From positions 11,226 to 75,225 of the forward strand of contig JACPSR010000052.1 in NCBI GenBank assembly GCA_016193175.1: DNA of 64,000 nt, given 5' to 3'. Shown piece by piece: positions 1 to 12,200 of this stretch. The DNA is from Candidatus Omnitrophota bacterium. Lineage in GTDB: Bacteria > Omnitrophota > Gorgyraeia > Aquiviventales > Aquiviventaceae. Within the stretch, counting starts at the first letter, position 1. Each line of letters starts with the position of its first letter. Both the position numbers and the translations under genes were made by a program. A model generated the notes under the pieces. The model searched no databases. It saw only the letters and a program-made list of their open reading frames with translations, and was not told the origin of the DNA.

Positions 1-227
1 TGCACCACGTCCTGGACAAGCGTTGGGAAGTTCTGGGGGTGCACACCCGGTATGGCCTCATCCACCTGGCGCTCAACCTCGACCGTCACCGCGACATCGC
101 TCCCTGGAATGTTCGGCCGTGCGACCTCCAGATCTAACAAGGTGAGTCTCGGGGCCCCACTCTTCTCAGCCTGCTCCCTGGCCCAGTCGAGTTGCACCTG
201 CAGCGCGTTGAGGTCCACCAACGCCAG
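1..227. repeat. Direct repeat, copy 1 (truncated by window edge); near-identical to 3988-4214
   Basis: Direct comparison at offset 3987 (a multiple of 3) shows only scattered substitutions. Confidence 0.92.
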
Positions 228-3200
228 CGGTGTTGCGGCAGGCTCGCGTGTGGGCGTAGCCGTAGTCTTCGCGCCAGCCTCGGCGACGGCGGCCTGCAAT
301 CGCGTAAAGAGCTCGCCTTGTGGCAGGAGGGAGAGGGTCTCTCCCCCCTCCATCCTGGGCCCTGAAAGCGCAGGGATCGATAGCTGCTTTGCGAGAGCGG
401 CCAGCTCCCGCACGCGCCCATCCAGCGAGCCATCTCTTGGGCCGACGAAAAGGACGATCCCGCCGCGCTCCGTTTGTATCGACGTCATGAGCGCCCCATC
501 CGCCTCTTTCGCCTTGATCTGGAGCGCAAGGTTCTTAACGAGATTGACGAGCGCGGTGTCCCCTTGCACCTGCTGCTGATCGAACGCCAGGCCGCCGTCG
601 GGCGCTTCGGCCCTCGCCGGGAATGCGGGTGCTGGCCGGTCTCCTTTGACGATGACTGTGGCATCGTCTTTCAGGTACACCCGGTAGAGGCTGGCTTGCA
701 TAGCCGGTTCGCCAATCCGCTGCCGGAGGTGTTGCTCGACTTGATCGGTCAGCCGCTCGCGGTCCACTAGCCAGTCGCCACGCTGTCTCCATACCTCTTG
801 TCCGTTGACCAGCACAACAAGATCCATCACACGCCCGGCGATGCGATCAGTCGCATCCTGCGCCGCTTCGATGAGCGCCGAACGGAGTTCTGCAAACGTC
901 CTCCAGGCCTGGGCCTGTCGAATCTGCTTGATGGAGCGATCCACGATGTACCGCCGCATTTCCTCGTCCACGTGCGGGCGCAAGCCCTCAAGGGCACCGA
1001 GGATGCGTTGCTGGTCCTCGCCGGGAGCCTCCACACCGATCTGTCCGAGGGCCACCACCACCTTCGCCTTCTCGTAGACGACCGGGTCGTTGAGCAGCTC
1101 GAGGAGCGGCGGAATGGCCTCAACCGGGCGCGGCTCGATTTGACCGAGGACATACGCCAGGGCGCCGCGGTGTTTCCGACGGATGCTGGTGAATCTTCGA
1201 AGCAGCGTGGGGATGACCTCTGGCGCCTCGTTGGCAATGGCAATCAACACTTTTTCTGCGTGATAGACCACAAATGGATCGTCGTCCCCCAGGGCCCGGC
1301 GTAACAGAGGAACCGCGTCTTGTGCCTCCCTCCCGTACGCTTCGAGGGCATCACCGGCACCAGCCCGGAGCGACGCCGGGTCCTGACGCAGCTGCCCGAC
1401 CAACGCGGGAACGGCCAACTGAGCGGGAGGCTTGAAGCGTCCCACCAGATGCATGCTAATGGAGCGGATGAACGGATCATCGTGATCCACGAGCGCGACC
1501 AATTCGCGCAGGTCCGCTGCCTCCGTTACCCCAATCCGCTCGAGCGTCCTCGACACCTCCCCGGCAACTTCGCGGAACTCGAGCTCCTCCGACGCGTGAG
1601 GTCCCTGCTCCACCAGGAACGCCAGCAATGGCTCAACGGCTGCGGTCGGTTTTGGCTCAATGCGGCCGAGCGCATTGGCTGAACGGAGGCGAACGGCGTG
1701 GTGGTGATGCCCGAGGGCATAGAGAAGATGTGGCACAGCCGGCGAACCGATCTGAACAATGACGCGTCCATAGATGTCCCCCACCTCTTCCGGGAACTGG
1801 CTCAACCCTGGGAGCGGCACAGAGGCGAGCGCATTGATGAGCGCCGGAACCGCCTGCTCCCCGAGCTGAATCAAGCCGGTCACGGCCGCTTCACGCACAG
1901 ATGGCTCCTGGGCTTTCAGATTTCCGACCAAGGTTTCGATCTCCTGATTCGCGCCGCCGGCTCGTTGATCATTCGGAGCAGGATCGCCTTCGGGTTCGGC
2001 AAGCCAATCCAGGCCGCGGCCTCGGGCACCGACATCCTCCTGAGTGGTGGTGGCTCGGCGCAGAGGTCGGTTGTCCACGAACCACGCGGCTGGAGTCGGC
2101 CAGACCCCTGCCGAGGTGAGTTGCGCGATCGCTTCCTCTCTATCTCGTGGCGACATCGCGCGGCCGCCTCGTCGAAGCCGTGGAAACTGTTGATCGACTC
2201 TGACCAACGCCTCCCTCACCTCCCGGCGCAGCTCGAAGGTGACGGAAGCTCCTGGTGGCCCGACCGCTTCCAGTCCGTATCCTGCCGCGATGGCTCGCAG
2301 TTTTTCCTCCCCGCCTACCCGACTCATGGCATCCTGATGCACCTCAATGCGATGATCCGCTCGGGCATGTTGTTGGAGGAGGGACCGAACGTTGGCTTCA
2401 GGATTGGTGGTCCCCCGAACGACATCATCCCAAGTCATCACGAAGAGCGGCAACTGTTGACGCGCGGGGGCCGACGGCGGAGCGGGTCGGTCTTCTTCTA
2501 CACTCACCAGCCAGTCCTCAAGCCACTGGATCGCTTGGATCTCCGCTCGCAGCTTCTGGTAAGACATCACCTGCCTGACCTCTGTGGGATTACGTGTGTT
2601 GAGGGCGTCAATCCACGATGAGACCGTGTGAGGAAGCCAGCCCACCCGATAGGCGGGGCTGATGAACAGTTGGCGGAAGAAGCGATGCAGCGATGGGACG
2701 CCTGTGGACTGCGCATCTCGTCCAGCTTGTTCAAAGGCCATCGAGAACGCTCGCCACTGATGCTCCCATTCCCCTTGGGTGGAGATTTCATTTGTGAGCT
2801 GGTCGAGTCGCTTCCAATCAAGCTGGCCACCGGCCAACTCGCGCATGAGCGCCTCCACGTGCCCCCGAGCCCACGCAAGAACGGGGTGCACCTTGGCACG
2901 GAGTCTCCGCACAATCACTTGGCTCGCCTCCATCTTGTCAGGCGGGATGGTCGGTACCTCGGGAACCCCTGACTCCGCCGGCGCGCCGCCGGCCACAGGG
3001 GGCAGACTGCCTTGGAAGCTGCGCAGCAGACGGCTAAGGTCCTGCTCATCGGTTAGGGTAATGCGCGCTTCCGCTAGAGCCTGCCGCAACTGAACCTCAG
3101 TGGGCGCGGTGTGCTCCACACGCAGATGCGCCAGCACTGGCAACAGTAAGGGATGGGCCTGCAGGAGCGCTGGGTCGACATTGGCCGTGACAAACGCCTC

Positions 3201-6200
3201 GGCGCGGTCATACGCTGCCAGTCGCGACACGGCGGTGATTGCCTCATGAGCCGCACGATCAACCGCACCCGCACTCTCAGGAATGACGATTCCCTGCTGG
3301 GCGGCTACCTCGAGCAGTTGCTGATGGGCTTCGCGCTCGTTGAGCTGATCTCGATAGAGGCGGGCAAGTACGTTCAGCGCCGGCAGGTTCAGTTGACGCG
3401 GTGGGCGGGGATCGATCAGCCACGGATGTCCAACCACCCTCTTGATGTGTAGTTGCGTATCCGTCGGCAGCTCCTCGAACGGCCCTCCTAACGTTGCGAA
3501 CGCGCCTCGAAAGTCGGCAGGCAAATCAGCGTTCCGGAGGATCGCGCGAACGATGTCGTCAGGCGTGGCGTCGGCATCGATCCTAATCGAGATGGACACA
3601 ATGTTCCCCTGAACATCTCTTTTGTCCAGAGGGGGTGGGAACCAGACACCCGAGCCCAATTGCGTTGAACGATACAGCCGCACTGTCAGTGGTGCGCCCT
3701 CTCCTCCTCGACGCCAGACCTCAAGAGGCCCAACCGGTCGCTCTCTCGTGAGGTTGAGCGCTGTGGTGAACACGCGCTCGATATCAGCCGATGTCAAGCC
3801 CTGCGGGGCCGGCACTTCCCTCGGCGCGCCGCCGGCCACCGGGACAAGATGCGGGGCTTTGGCTCTCGCGAGTGTGAGGAAGGCGTCTCGAACATCTCCC
3901 GGGAGGCCTGGTTTCGCCAGGACGGTACGGACGATCGCTGTGGCGATCGCTTCGTCGGTTGCGTCGACGTTGGCGGTGGCGCGAACGCGCACCACGTCCT
4001 GAACAAGCGTTAGGAAGTTCTGGGGATGCACACCCGGTATGGCCTCATCCACCTGGCGCTTAACCTCAACCCTCACCGTGACATCGCTCCCTGGAATGTT
4101 CGGCCGCGCGACCTCCAGATCTAACAAGGTGGGTCTCGGGGCCCCACTCTTCTCAGCCTGCTCCCTGGCCCAGTCGAGTTGCACCTGCAGCGCGTCGAGG
4201 TCCGCCAACGCCAGTGGACGCTGCGGAACAGATGGTGTCGACCTGCCCGCCACTGGAATGGGCCGATTCAGGAGCAACTGCTGCACGGCAAGTGAGGTGA
4301 GCCACTCTTCACCTCGGGCAGGCACGGTGTGCCATCCTAATCTGGTGGGATACGCAAGGTTCTCCGCCGTATCATCGACAAACAAGATTTCACTCATCAA
4401 CCTAACGCCACTGGGCTGTTCCTGTCTGAGAATCGTCAGCGCCCGTGCGTAGAATGCTTCGGGGTTGTCTTTCAGGACTCCGACTTCTCCTGAGGTAATG
4501 ATGCGAAGACCACCCAGAAATGGAAAACGGCCTTGGAGGTGCCGGGCACGCTCTTGGTCCATATTGGTGAGGACCGCAAGACGATACCCGCGTTCCATCA
4601 ACGCCTGAACCAGTTTCGCCACGCCAGGGATTTCCTCATAGCTCTCGTAGAGCCAGCGCCGGAGCTGCTCGCGCTGCTGGGCTTCAGGCAGGGCGAAAAA
4701 TGTCCGTGCCTCGGTAGTGGCTGTTTCTTTCCCAGCAGTGATCCGTGTCAGCTCTCCAAGGACGTAACCCCAGTACGCATCAGCATCCAAGGTCCCCAAC
4801 CTGAGTTGCTTGGCCGGCTCACCTGTTTCAAGCCACTCTCTCACCGTCTCAGGCTCGACACTGAATGTCCGGCTGATCTGGTCAGCCGCCTTGCTCAGTC
4901 CGTTGGTGAGCAGCGTGCCTGTCAAATCGAACAGCACAGTCTGTACCGTCAGGAGCTGCCCGGCGGCTAACCGTTGCTGAAAGGCCTCCAGGCGTTCAAT
5001 CGCGTCTCGCACCTCAGGCCCTCCCTCTCTCACACCGTCCAGAGACCGAGCTTCGACCGTTTCACGTAACCTTGATGCCAGCGAAGGAATCCAGCCCACC
5101 ATGTTTCCAAAGACATCGCTCATGGAATGAAACAGCAAGAGCAAGCCCGATGCTTGGGCAGCGCGGAGGGCCTGATTGATCGCCCCGTCAAATGCCTCCC
5201 AGTTGCCTTGGAACTGACGCATAAGCGCTCCGAGCCGATCCCAATCAAGCTCCGCATCAGGCCGTTCGATCTCACGCGCCACTTCACCCAACCGTTCCTG
5301 AACTTGCTGAAGAGAGGGTTGCGTGAAGGGGTGGAATGTTGCCATGATCGCCTCGGCAATTCCCGCCTTGGCAGCGTGAAGGACCGCATCGGGCGTGGCG
5401 TCCGCATCGGCATAGAGGGCCACGATGTTCCCCGGGGCGTCCGCATGTCCCGGAAGGACTCGCACCCGCACCTCGGAACCCGAACGCTGTGAGCGATGCG
5501 CCCACACCGTCAGCGGCGGACCCTCTGTGCTCCGCCACACCTGCACCGTCGGACCGCTCTTGTCTTCCTGTCGTGTGAACTTCAGCTCTGTGGTTAACAC
5601 CTGATCAACGCTGCCCCAATCCTGTGGTGGTACCTCGGGAACCCCTGTCTCCGTCGGCGCGCCGGCGGCCGGCAGGCCGCCGCGGGCGGAGTCGGCCATG
5701 GAAGTGAGCAAGGGGACTTGCCGGACGTAGGCCTCGGCCATGTCTCGCTTGATGCCCAGACCAACCAAATGGTCGACAGCCGTCGCTCGATCGAGATCGC
5801 CGAGATAGACGAGCGCTAAGACTTCACGAACCGCTCGGTCGCTGTGGATCCTCGTGATCGTCCGACGGTCGTTCGCGGCCAGCGCATTGACCGGAGACGC
5901 CTGTGATACGTACGGTTCTGCTTCCCGCGCAGTGATCCCGAGGCCCTTGAGCTGTCCAATCGCGCCTGCTGGTGTCAGCTCGAGAAGGTAGCGTCGCGCC
6001 AGCACCTCGCGCACCGCGGGGTCCTTGTGGATGTTGCCGATGAACGCCCGGCGAGCGTTCGTCAAGCGCTCATACGCTGGCGCTACGATGGTAGGACTCG
6101 GCCCACGAGTGGCGGCTGAAGGAAGCACCTCGTCTGCAGTAGCACGCGGAAGGGTTTGGAGATTCGCATATCTTGGCTGGTTGATCGAAGATTCCGTCGC

Positions 6201-9200
6201 GTCGACAAGCGCGATATCGCCGCGTGCCGAAATCAAGAAAAAGCCATGCCCGCCTTCAGTGATTTCTCTCCGGCCTTCGAAGGGACCGAGAATGTTCCCT
6301 TCTGACGTCACGATGCTGACTCGGCCCTGCTCATTGACAATGAGGAGCTCTGCGCTGGCATCAGCTGAGGTGTCTGCGAGCACGATTGAATCAATGTAAC
6401 GGCGCTCCCCTTCTCCCAATAAGCGCGACAGCAGCTTCTTGCCTTCAGCAACACTCAAACGCGCTGCGCCCCTCTGATACGCTGGAACTCTCAAGTGCGG
6501 TTCCACCAGCGCGCCGCCGGCAGCGGGGAGGAGATGCAGAGCGTTCTTCTCTCTTACTAAGTTTGTGAAAGCGCCTCGAAAGTCGGCAGGCAAATCAGCG
6601 TTCCGGAGGATCGCGCGAACGATGTCGTCAGGCGTGGCGTCGGCATCGATCCTAATCGAGATGGACACAATATTCCCCATCACATCTTTTGCGTCCAGAG
6701 GGCGTGGGAACCAGACACCCGAGCCTAATCGCGTTGAACGATGCAGCCGCACTGTCAGTGGTGCGCCCTCTCCTCCTCGACGCCAGACCTCAAGAGGCCC
6801 AACCGGTCGCTCTCTCGTGAGGTTGAGTGCTGTGGTGAACACGCGCTCGATATCAGCCGATGTCAAGCCCTGCGGGGCCGGCACTTCCCTCGGCGCGGCG
6901 CCGGCCGGCGCAGGAGGAATCCATTGCACCGCCGCTGAGCCGACCGATAAATCGGGTACTTCAACCTGAGCATGCGACTTCGCAGCGACCAGACTATAAA
7001 AGCCTTTCGTCGTCTGCCCCGCCATCGCCCCGCGATTGCCCTCGCCCATGACGAGGATCACGTCGGCCGCTTCCCACGCCGCAAGGAACTCCGGCGCAGG
7101 CCGATACGGGTCAAGCGCTCGTGTCTGCGAGCCGGTTGAAATGACACGCAGGCGCGATCCGCCTCCACCCAAGAAGCCGCGCACCGGGTCTGCGTCCAAC
7201 CGCGCGCGCTCATCCGTCACCGTGCTGTCCACATCAGCCTCGACGGCTTTGGCCGCAATGGTGACTGTATGGCCCTGCTCCGTCAACCGCCGCTCCATCG
7301 CCGTGCGACCCACGCCCTCCACGATGTCGTTATCGACGAGAATCAAGACGTTCTTGGGACCTTCGCTCAGTTCCTGACTGAGCTGAGTGCGGTCATCGAT
7401 TGCCAGCGCCCTTGCCTCCTGCTGCTGCAAGAACGCCAGCATCTTGCGAGCGTACTCCCCCAACGCTGTCTCGCCGCCTGCCGCAGACCTCAGCAGATCG
7501 CTAGAGCCCGCGCTGTTCGCCAACGCGGCAATCCCCAGCACCCAGCGATCGCGCTGATCGGGAGCCAGTTCGTCATAGCGTTGCGCCAGCCACGGCATCA
7601 TCACGGCCACAGCCGTTTGCCGGGCTGAGGATTTGAACTGGGCGAGCGGCTCCCCCATGATCTCGCGGAGCGCGGCGTACCACAGCCCTTCAACTTCGCG
7701 TACCGTCCGTTGCTGGAGACGCCCCAGACGAGCCACGAGGGCACCTCTTGCCTGTTCGGCCGCTGACCGTGATTCTGGTTTGACATGTCCGATGGTTTCG
7801 ACGTAGAGATCGAGGTGGCGGAGCAATTGGTCGCGAATGGCCGGCTCGCTCACGGGTCCAGGCCCAAAGACGTAGGTGGCGGGATTCGCGATAATCCGTC
7901 CATCCGCCGGCCCGCGCGCCTCGAGTTGTACCACCAGCCGCTCCACGACAGCTTCAGGGGTAGCGGCCGGCTGAGACCGATCATCTCTCGGGGTGTAGCC
8001 GGCTTCGGGCTCGCCAAGCCCATCGTGACCTTTGCCCTCCACACCCTGCCGCTCCTGGAAGTACGGGGACTCGCCCGTCGGGGCAACGCCGTAGAGGTTC
8101 CTGAGGGCACGGAATTCAGGATCCGCATCTTGCCGGCGGATGAAGTCGGCGGCCTCGTCAAGATTGGAGAGCTCCTTGAAGTCGTGGAGCTCTTCTCCTT
8201 CGACCATGAAGAAACCGGTGTTCAGCTCGGGATACTGCGTGACATCCCCCGTCACGTACTGGGGGAGGAGGTAGCGGGTCAGCTCCTTCCCCTCTGCGTC
8301 CTTCACCACCCTCAGCTCAAGGTTGACATCGGCGCCTCGCTGCTGGAGGACCTCCCCGACCTCTTTGATCTTGGACAGACCGGAGAACTTGTTGTACGGG
8401 ATTCCTCCTTTGGCGGCGAGCTCCCTCTCCACCATGTCCTTGGTGGTAGGATCTGAGGTTGAGATGGTCTCGCCTAAGAATTTCGGCGCCAGCCGGGGAT
8501 CGGGTTTGGTGGTGATGAGCTTCTCCGGGTTCTCCGAATCCGGTCGTCCCTTATTCTCAACGAGCTCCACCAGGTAGCGGTGGCCCTTATTCAGCAGGCG
8601 CAGGCCAAGCGCCAACCAATCCACATCCACGGTGGCGCTGGTGAGCTTCGTCAGATCATTGATGCGGTACTGCTGGATGACCTCTCCGCCGCGCGCGAGG
8701 AGGGTCTCGGCGAGCAGGCCAGGGACGAGCATACGCTGTTTGTTGAGGAGCCGGTAGCCGCTATCCTCCTGCACAAAGACATGCATGGCGGGGTAGAGAT
8801 GCCCAGGCATCACAGGGTCGACGTCGATCGCCTGGACGATGACTCCCTCCTCCAACCGATAGGGGTGAAAGACCGGTACCGGCACGATGTAGAACCGCTC
8901 CGGGGAGAAACCATAGAATTGATTCGCGATGAGATCCTGGACGATCTCCCGCTCCATCCGGGCGCTCACATGGAAGATGATCTGTTGGTTCGCGACCGCT
9001 TGTTCCGGGGAGATCCCAAGCTCCAGATGCGCGCGGGCCAGCCGTTCAATCTCCAGCCGAAGCTGGAGCAACTGCCTGGGACCCCAGGGCAGCGTGTAGG
9101 GGCTACCGGCGAGATGCCCGACGTCCAGGAAGTATATGGCCCCCACCTCGCGATCAGTCACGTCTTTCCCATGCTTCCTGAGGTCCTCGCGCATCCGCCA

Positions 9201-12200
9201 GGCATCTCCGGCAGCTATGATCTGCCGCACGATCGCGCCCCGCAGTTGTTTCTGGATCGCGGCGGCCCGTTCTTCCGTGGTGAGATCGCGCTGGGAGCGC
9301 TCCCTGGGCAAGACGACGTCTGGCCCGGCCAACTCTAAATCCGTCGTGGGATTCAGGCCATATCGGCGAGCTAACGAGGAGATGAGCTTGAGGTCCGCGT
9401 CGGTCAAGTCCGCCATCGTCCGAATGGTTCGGCCGGTCTGGCGGGCGTACTCGGCAATCAGCTGGCCAACCCGCTGGCGCGTGAACGCCTCGGAACGGAC
9501 CGGGGTCCTGAAGGCTTCGGCCTCCGGGATGAGCGGCGCAGGCGGTTGGACGACTCCCACGCGCCCGATGAAGTCGCGCAAGGCGCCGGCCGCCTCCTCC
9601 GGCGTTCGGGTCCCAAGATATTTGACGGTCAGGGCGCCCGCGATAAATTGCTCAAGCACTTCCTCTAAGGACTCGCGCTCTGGGAAGCCGCCTCGAGCCA
9701 GCCGACGATGCACCGCCTGTAGCAGGATCTCTTGATTCGCCGGGGTGATCGTCGTGACGCTCAAGGTATCGATCAACCTCCAGAGGCTCGTGGCCTGTTC
9801 AATCTCGGTGACGGTCGCCTGGTCGAGGCGGTTGGCCGCCTCCTCACGCAACCGCTGGAGCATGACCTGATCCTGTGCGCGATCGCCAGTCCCCTCCACC
9901 TCAAAGTAGACCCGATTGAGCGGTTCGGTCCCTGAGGCTCGAATCTTATAGCTGATGAGCTTGCCCGTCTGTGGGTTGCGAAAGACAAAGAGGAGTTTAT
10001 CGAAATAGGTCCCTCCGAATTCCGGCCGAATGGCCACCAGTGGAAATCCCGCGATCGCAGTCAGCCGCCCCTGGGCGTAGTCATCCAGGTATCCACTGAT
10101 CAACTGCTTCTTGGCCCAGGGGCTGGCGGTCACATCGTCTCGCGCGGCTTCGACATAGCCCAGCTCTTGCTCGATATCCCGGATGATCTGGGTGATGCTC
10201 TTGCGTTCTTTAGCCTGGATGGCTGCAATGAGCAGGCCGGTCAGCAAGCCGTCTTTATCCGGCATCAAAAGCGGTCGCGTCGGGCCAGGCACCTTGACCC
10301 CGATGCTGAACCCGCCGCTCTCTTCATAGCCGATGGCCACGTCGGCGCCTTTGGCCAGCGCGTCCATCATCGGAGGGCCAACGTACTTAAACCCCACGTC
10401 CACCTGGTAGTCCACCTGGTCACGCGTCACGGCATCAAGAGCCTCGTTGGCGATGAGCCGACGGTAAAAGGGATGCAGGAGTTCATCGTTCGTGCCTGAG
10501 GGCGCAACATCCCGCGGACGCAGAATCCGATCGCGATAGCGAGGATCTCGCAACAAGCCCTGGAGGACGACCTCGGTCCACAGGGTTGACGGACCGCTTT
10601 TCACGACAGCTACGCGCCTGCCGCGCTGTTGTTCGGAGCGAATCACCCGATCAATGAGCGCGGTCATGAATCGGTTCGGCGTCTCATACCGATAGTCGTT
10701 GCTGGCGGGGTCCCACCCAAAGACCCCAATCCGATCACCGTCGGTATCATTGCCTTGAATCGAGATGGGTCGGGAGGGCCTGGCCAGCTCCAGGCTCCCC
10801 GCCTTGCGCATAAACGGCTCCTCGGAATTCGAGGGGATCGTCCCCAAGAGATCAGGGTTCGTGTCTCGTCGCAGTTCAACCACTCCCTCAGGCAATCCGA
10901 TGAGGTTCTTAAACAGCGCGACCATCTCTCCATGGGCTGAGCCGTAGAGATCGTCATGGGCATACCGATGTTGACGGTAAAACTCGCGCATCTGATCCGT
11001 GATGTCAGGCCCAAAGAGCGCCGTGAGCACCCCCCGGAGGTAGGCGGCATACGCCTGACGGTATTCCTCGGTGCGGACCAGCCTGAAGGAGGGGTGGCTT
11101 GCCAAACTTCTTTGGATCGTCGCATCATCCGCCTCGGCTTCTGGGAGAGGTGCTCTCAGGACTTTCAGGTCATTCAAGATCTGCCCGATGCGGTCCGTGA
11201 CCGACGTGGGGGCGGGCGCGCCGGAGGGTGGCGAGTAGCGGATCCCATACCACGGCAGTGGATTGTGGCTCGGGGTGATGTTGATCACGCCGGCGAGATC
11301 CTCTCCTACTTGGGACAACGCCCAGTAGACGGCGGGTCCCGTTGCGGTCGCTTTGTCAAAGAGGTGGACCCGGAATCCGGCACGGAGCAGAACCGCCGCC
11401 GTTAACCGTGCGACCGCATCCCCATCGCGACGGGTGTCATACGTGACGACCATTGTCTGCTTGATGGGAGAGGCCTCCTTGGCATAGCGCGCGATCGCCT
11501 CAACGGTGTAGGCGGCCTCGCGGCGGTTGAAGTCGATTCCCCACCTCGCCCGCACCCCGCTTGTGCCAAACCGCTGATACTTTTGGGCGTAGACGGCGTC
11601 AATGAGCCGGCGAACACCCGCTTCCGTCGTCCGGAACTTCAGTTCATAGAGCGCATCGTAGACCTGACCAGCCAGCAGGGCTCGGAAGGGGAGGTAGTTG
11701 TTCGGCTCCTTCGGATCCAGTGTCCCGCGCACCGCCTCCCAGACCAACGGCATGACCTCATCGCGGAGGTACCCGCGCTCCCTCAGCACGCCAAACTCCG
11801 GCCTCTGGAAGAGACCCTCCAGGGTTCGCCCAATCGCTTCCCGCAGGCCACGCATCTGCTGGAAGATCTCACGCCGCTCTTCTTCAGAGACCTTCGGCTT
11901 TTCGCCTCGAGCCTCGTAACGATACGGGCCCGCTTCCACGAGCCACAGCAAGAGGCCGGCAGCCAATTCCGTGATCAGCTCGTGCGACAGGTGCCCTGCG
12001 GCGAGGCGCTGATGCACTTCACTGAGGAAGCTATGGGCATTGTCCAAGGCGCGTGCCCGCGTGGCTGGATCTGACGCGTCCACGAACGCTCGCTTCCCCG
12101 TGATGAAGCGGTTGGCGAACTCCGATGCTGGAACTGCGCCTGCGCCGGCCGCGACACCACTCTGAGCGTCGCGGAGGCGACCCACGACGAGGCGGTCACC

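Noticed and set aside
1-6906. Repeats as a CRISPR array or IS ends
   Set aside because: The repeats are 40-340 nt, irregularly spaced, in frame and protein-coding; no cas or transposase gene was seen.
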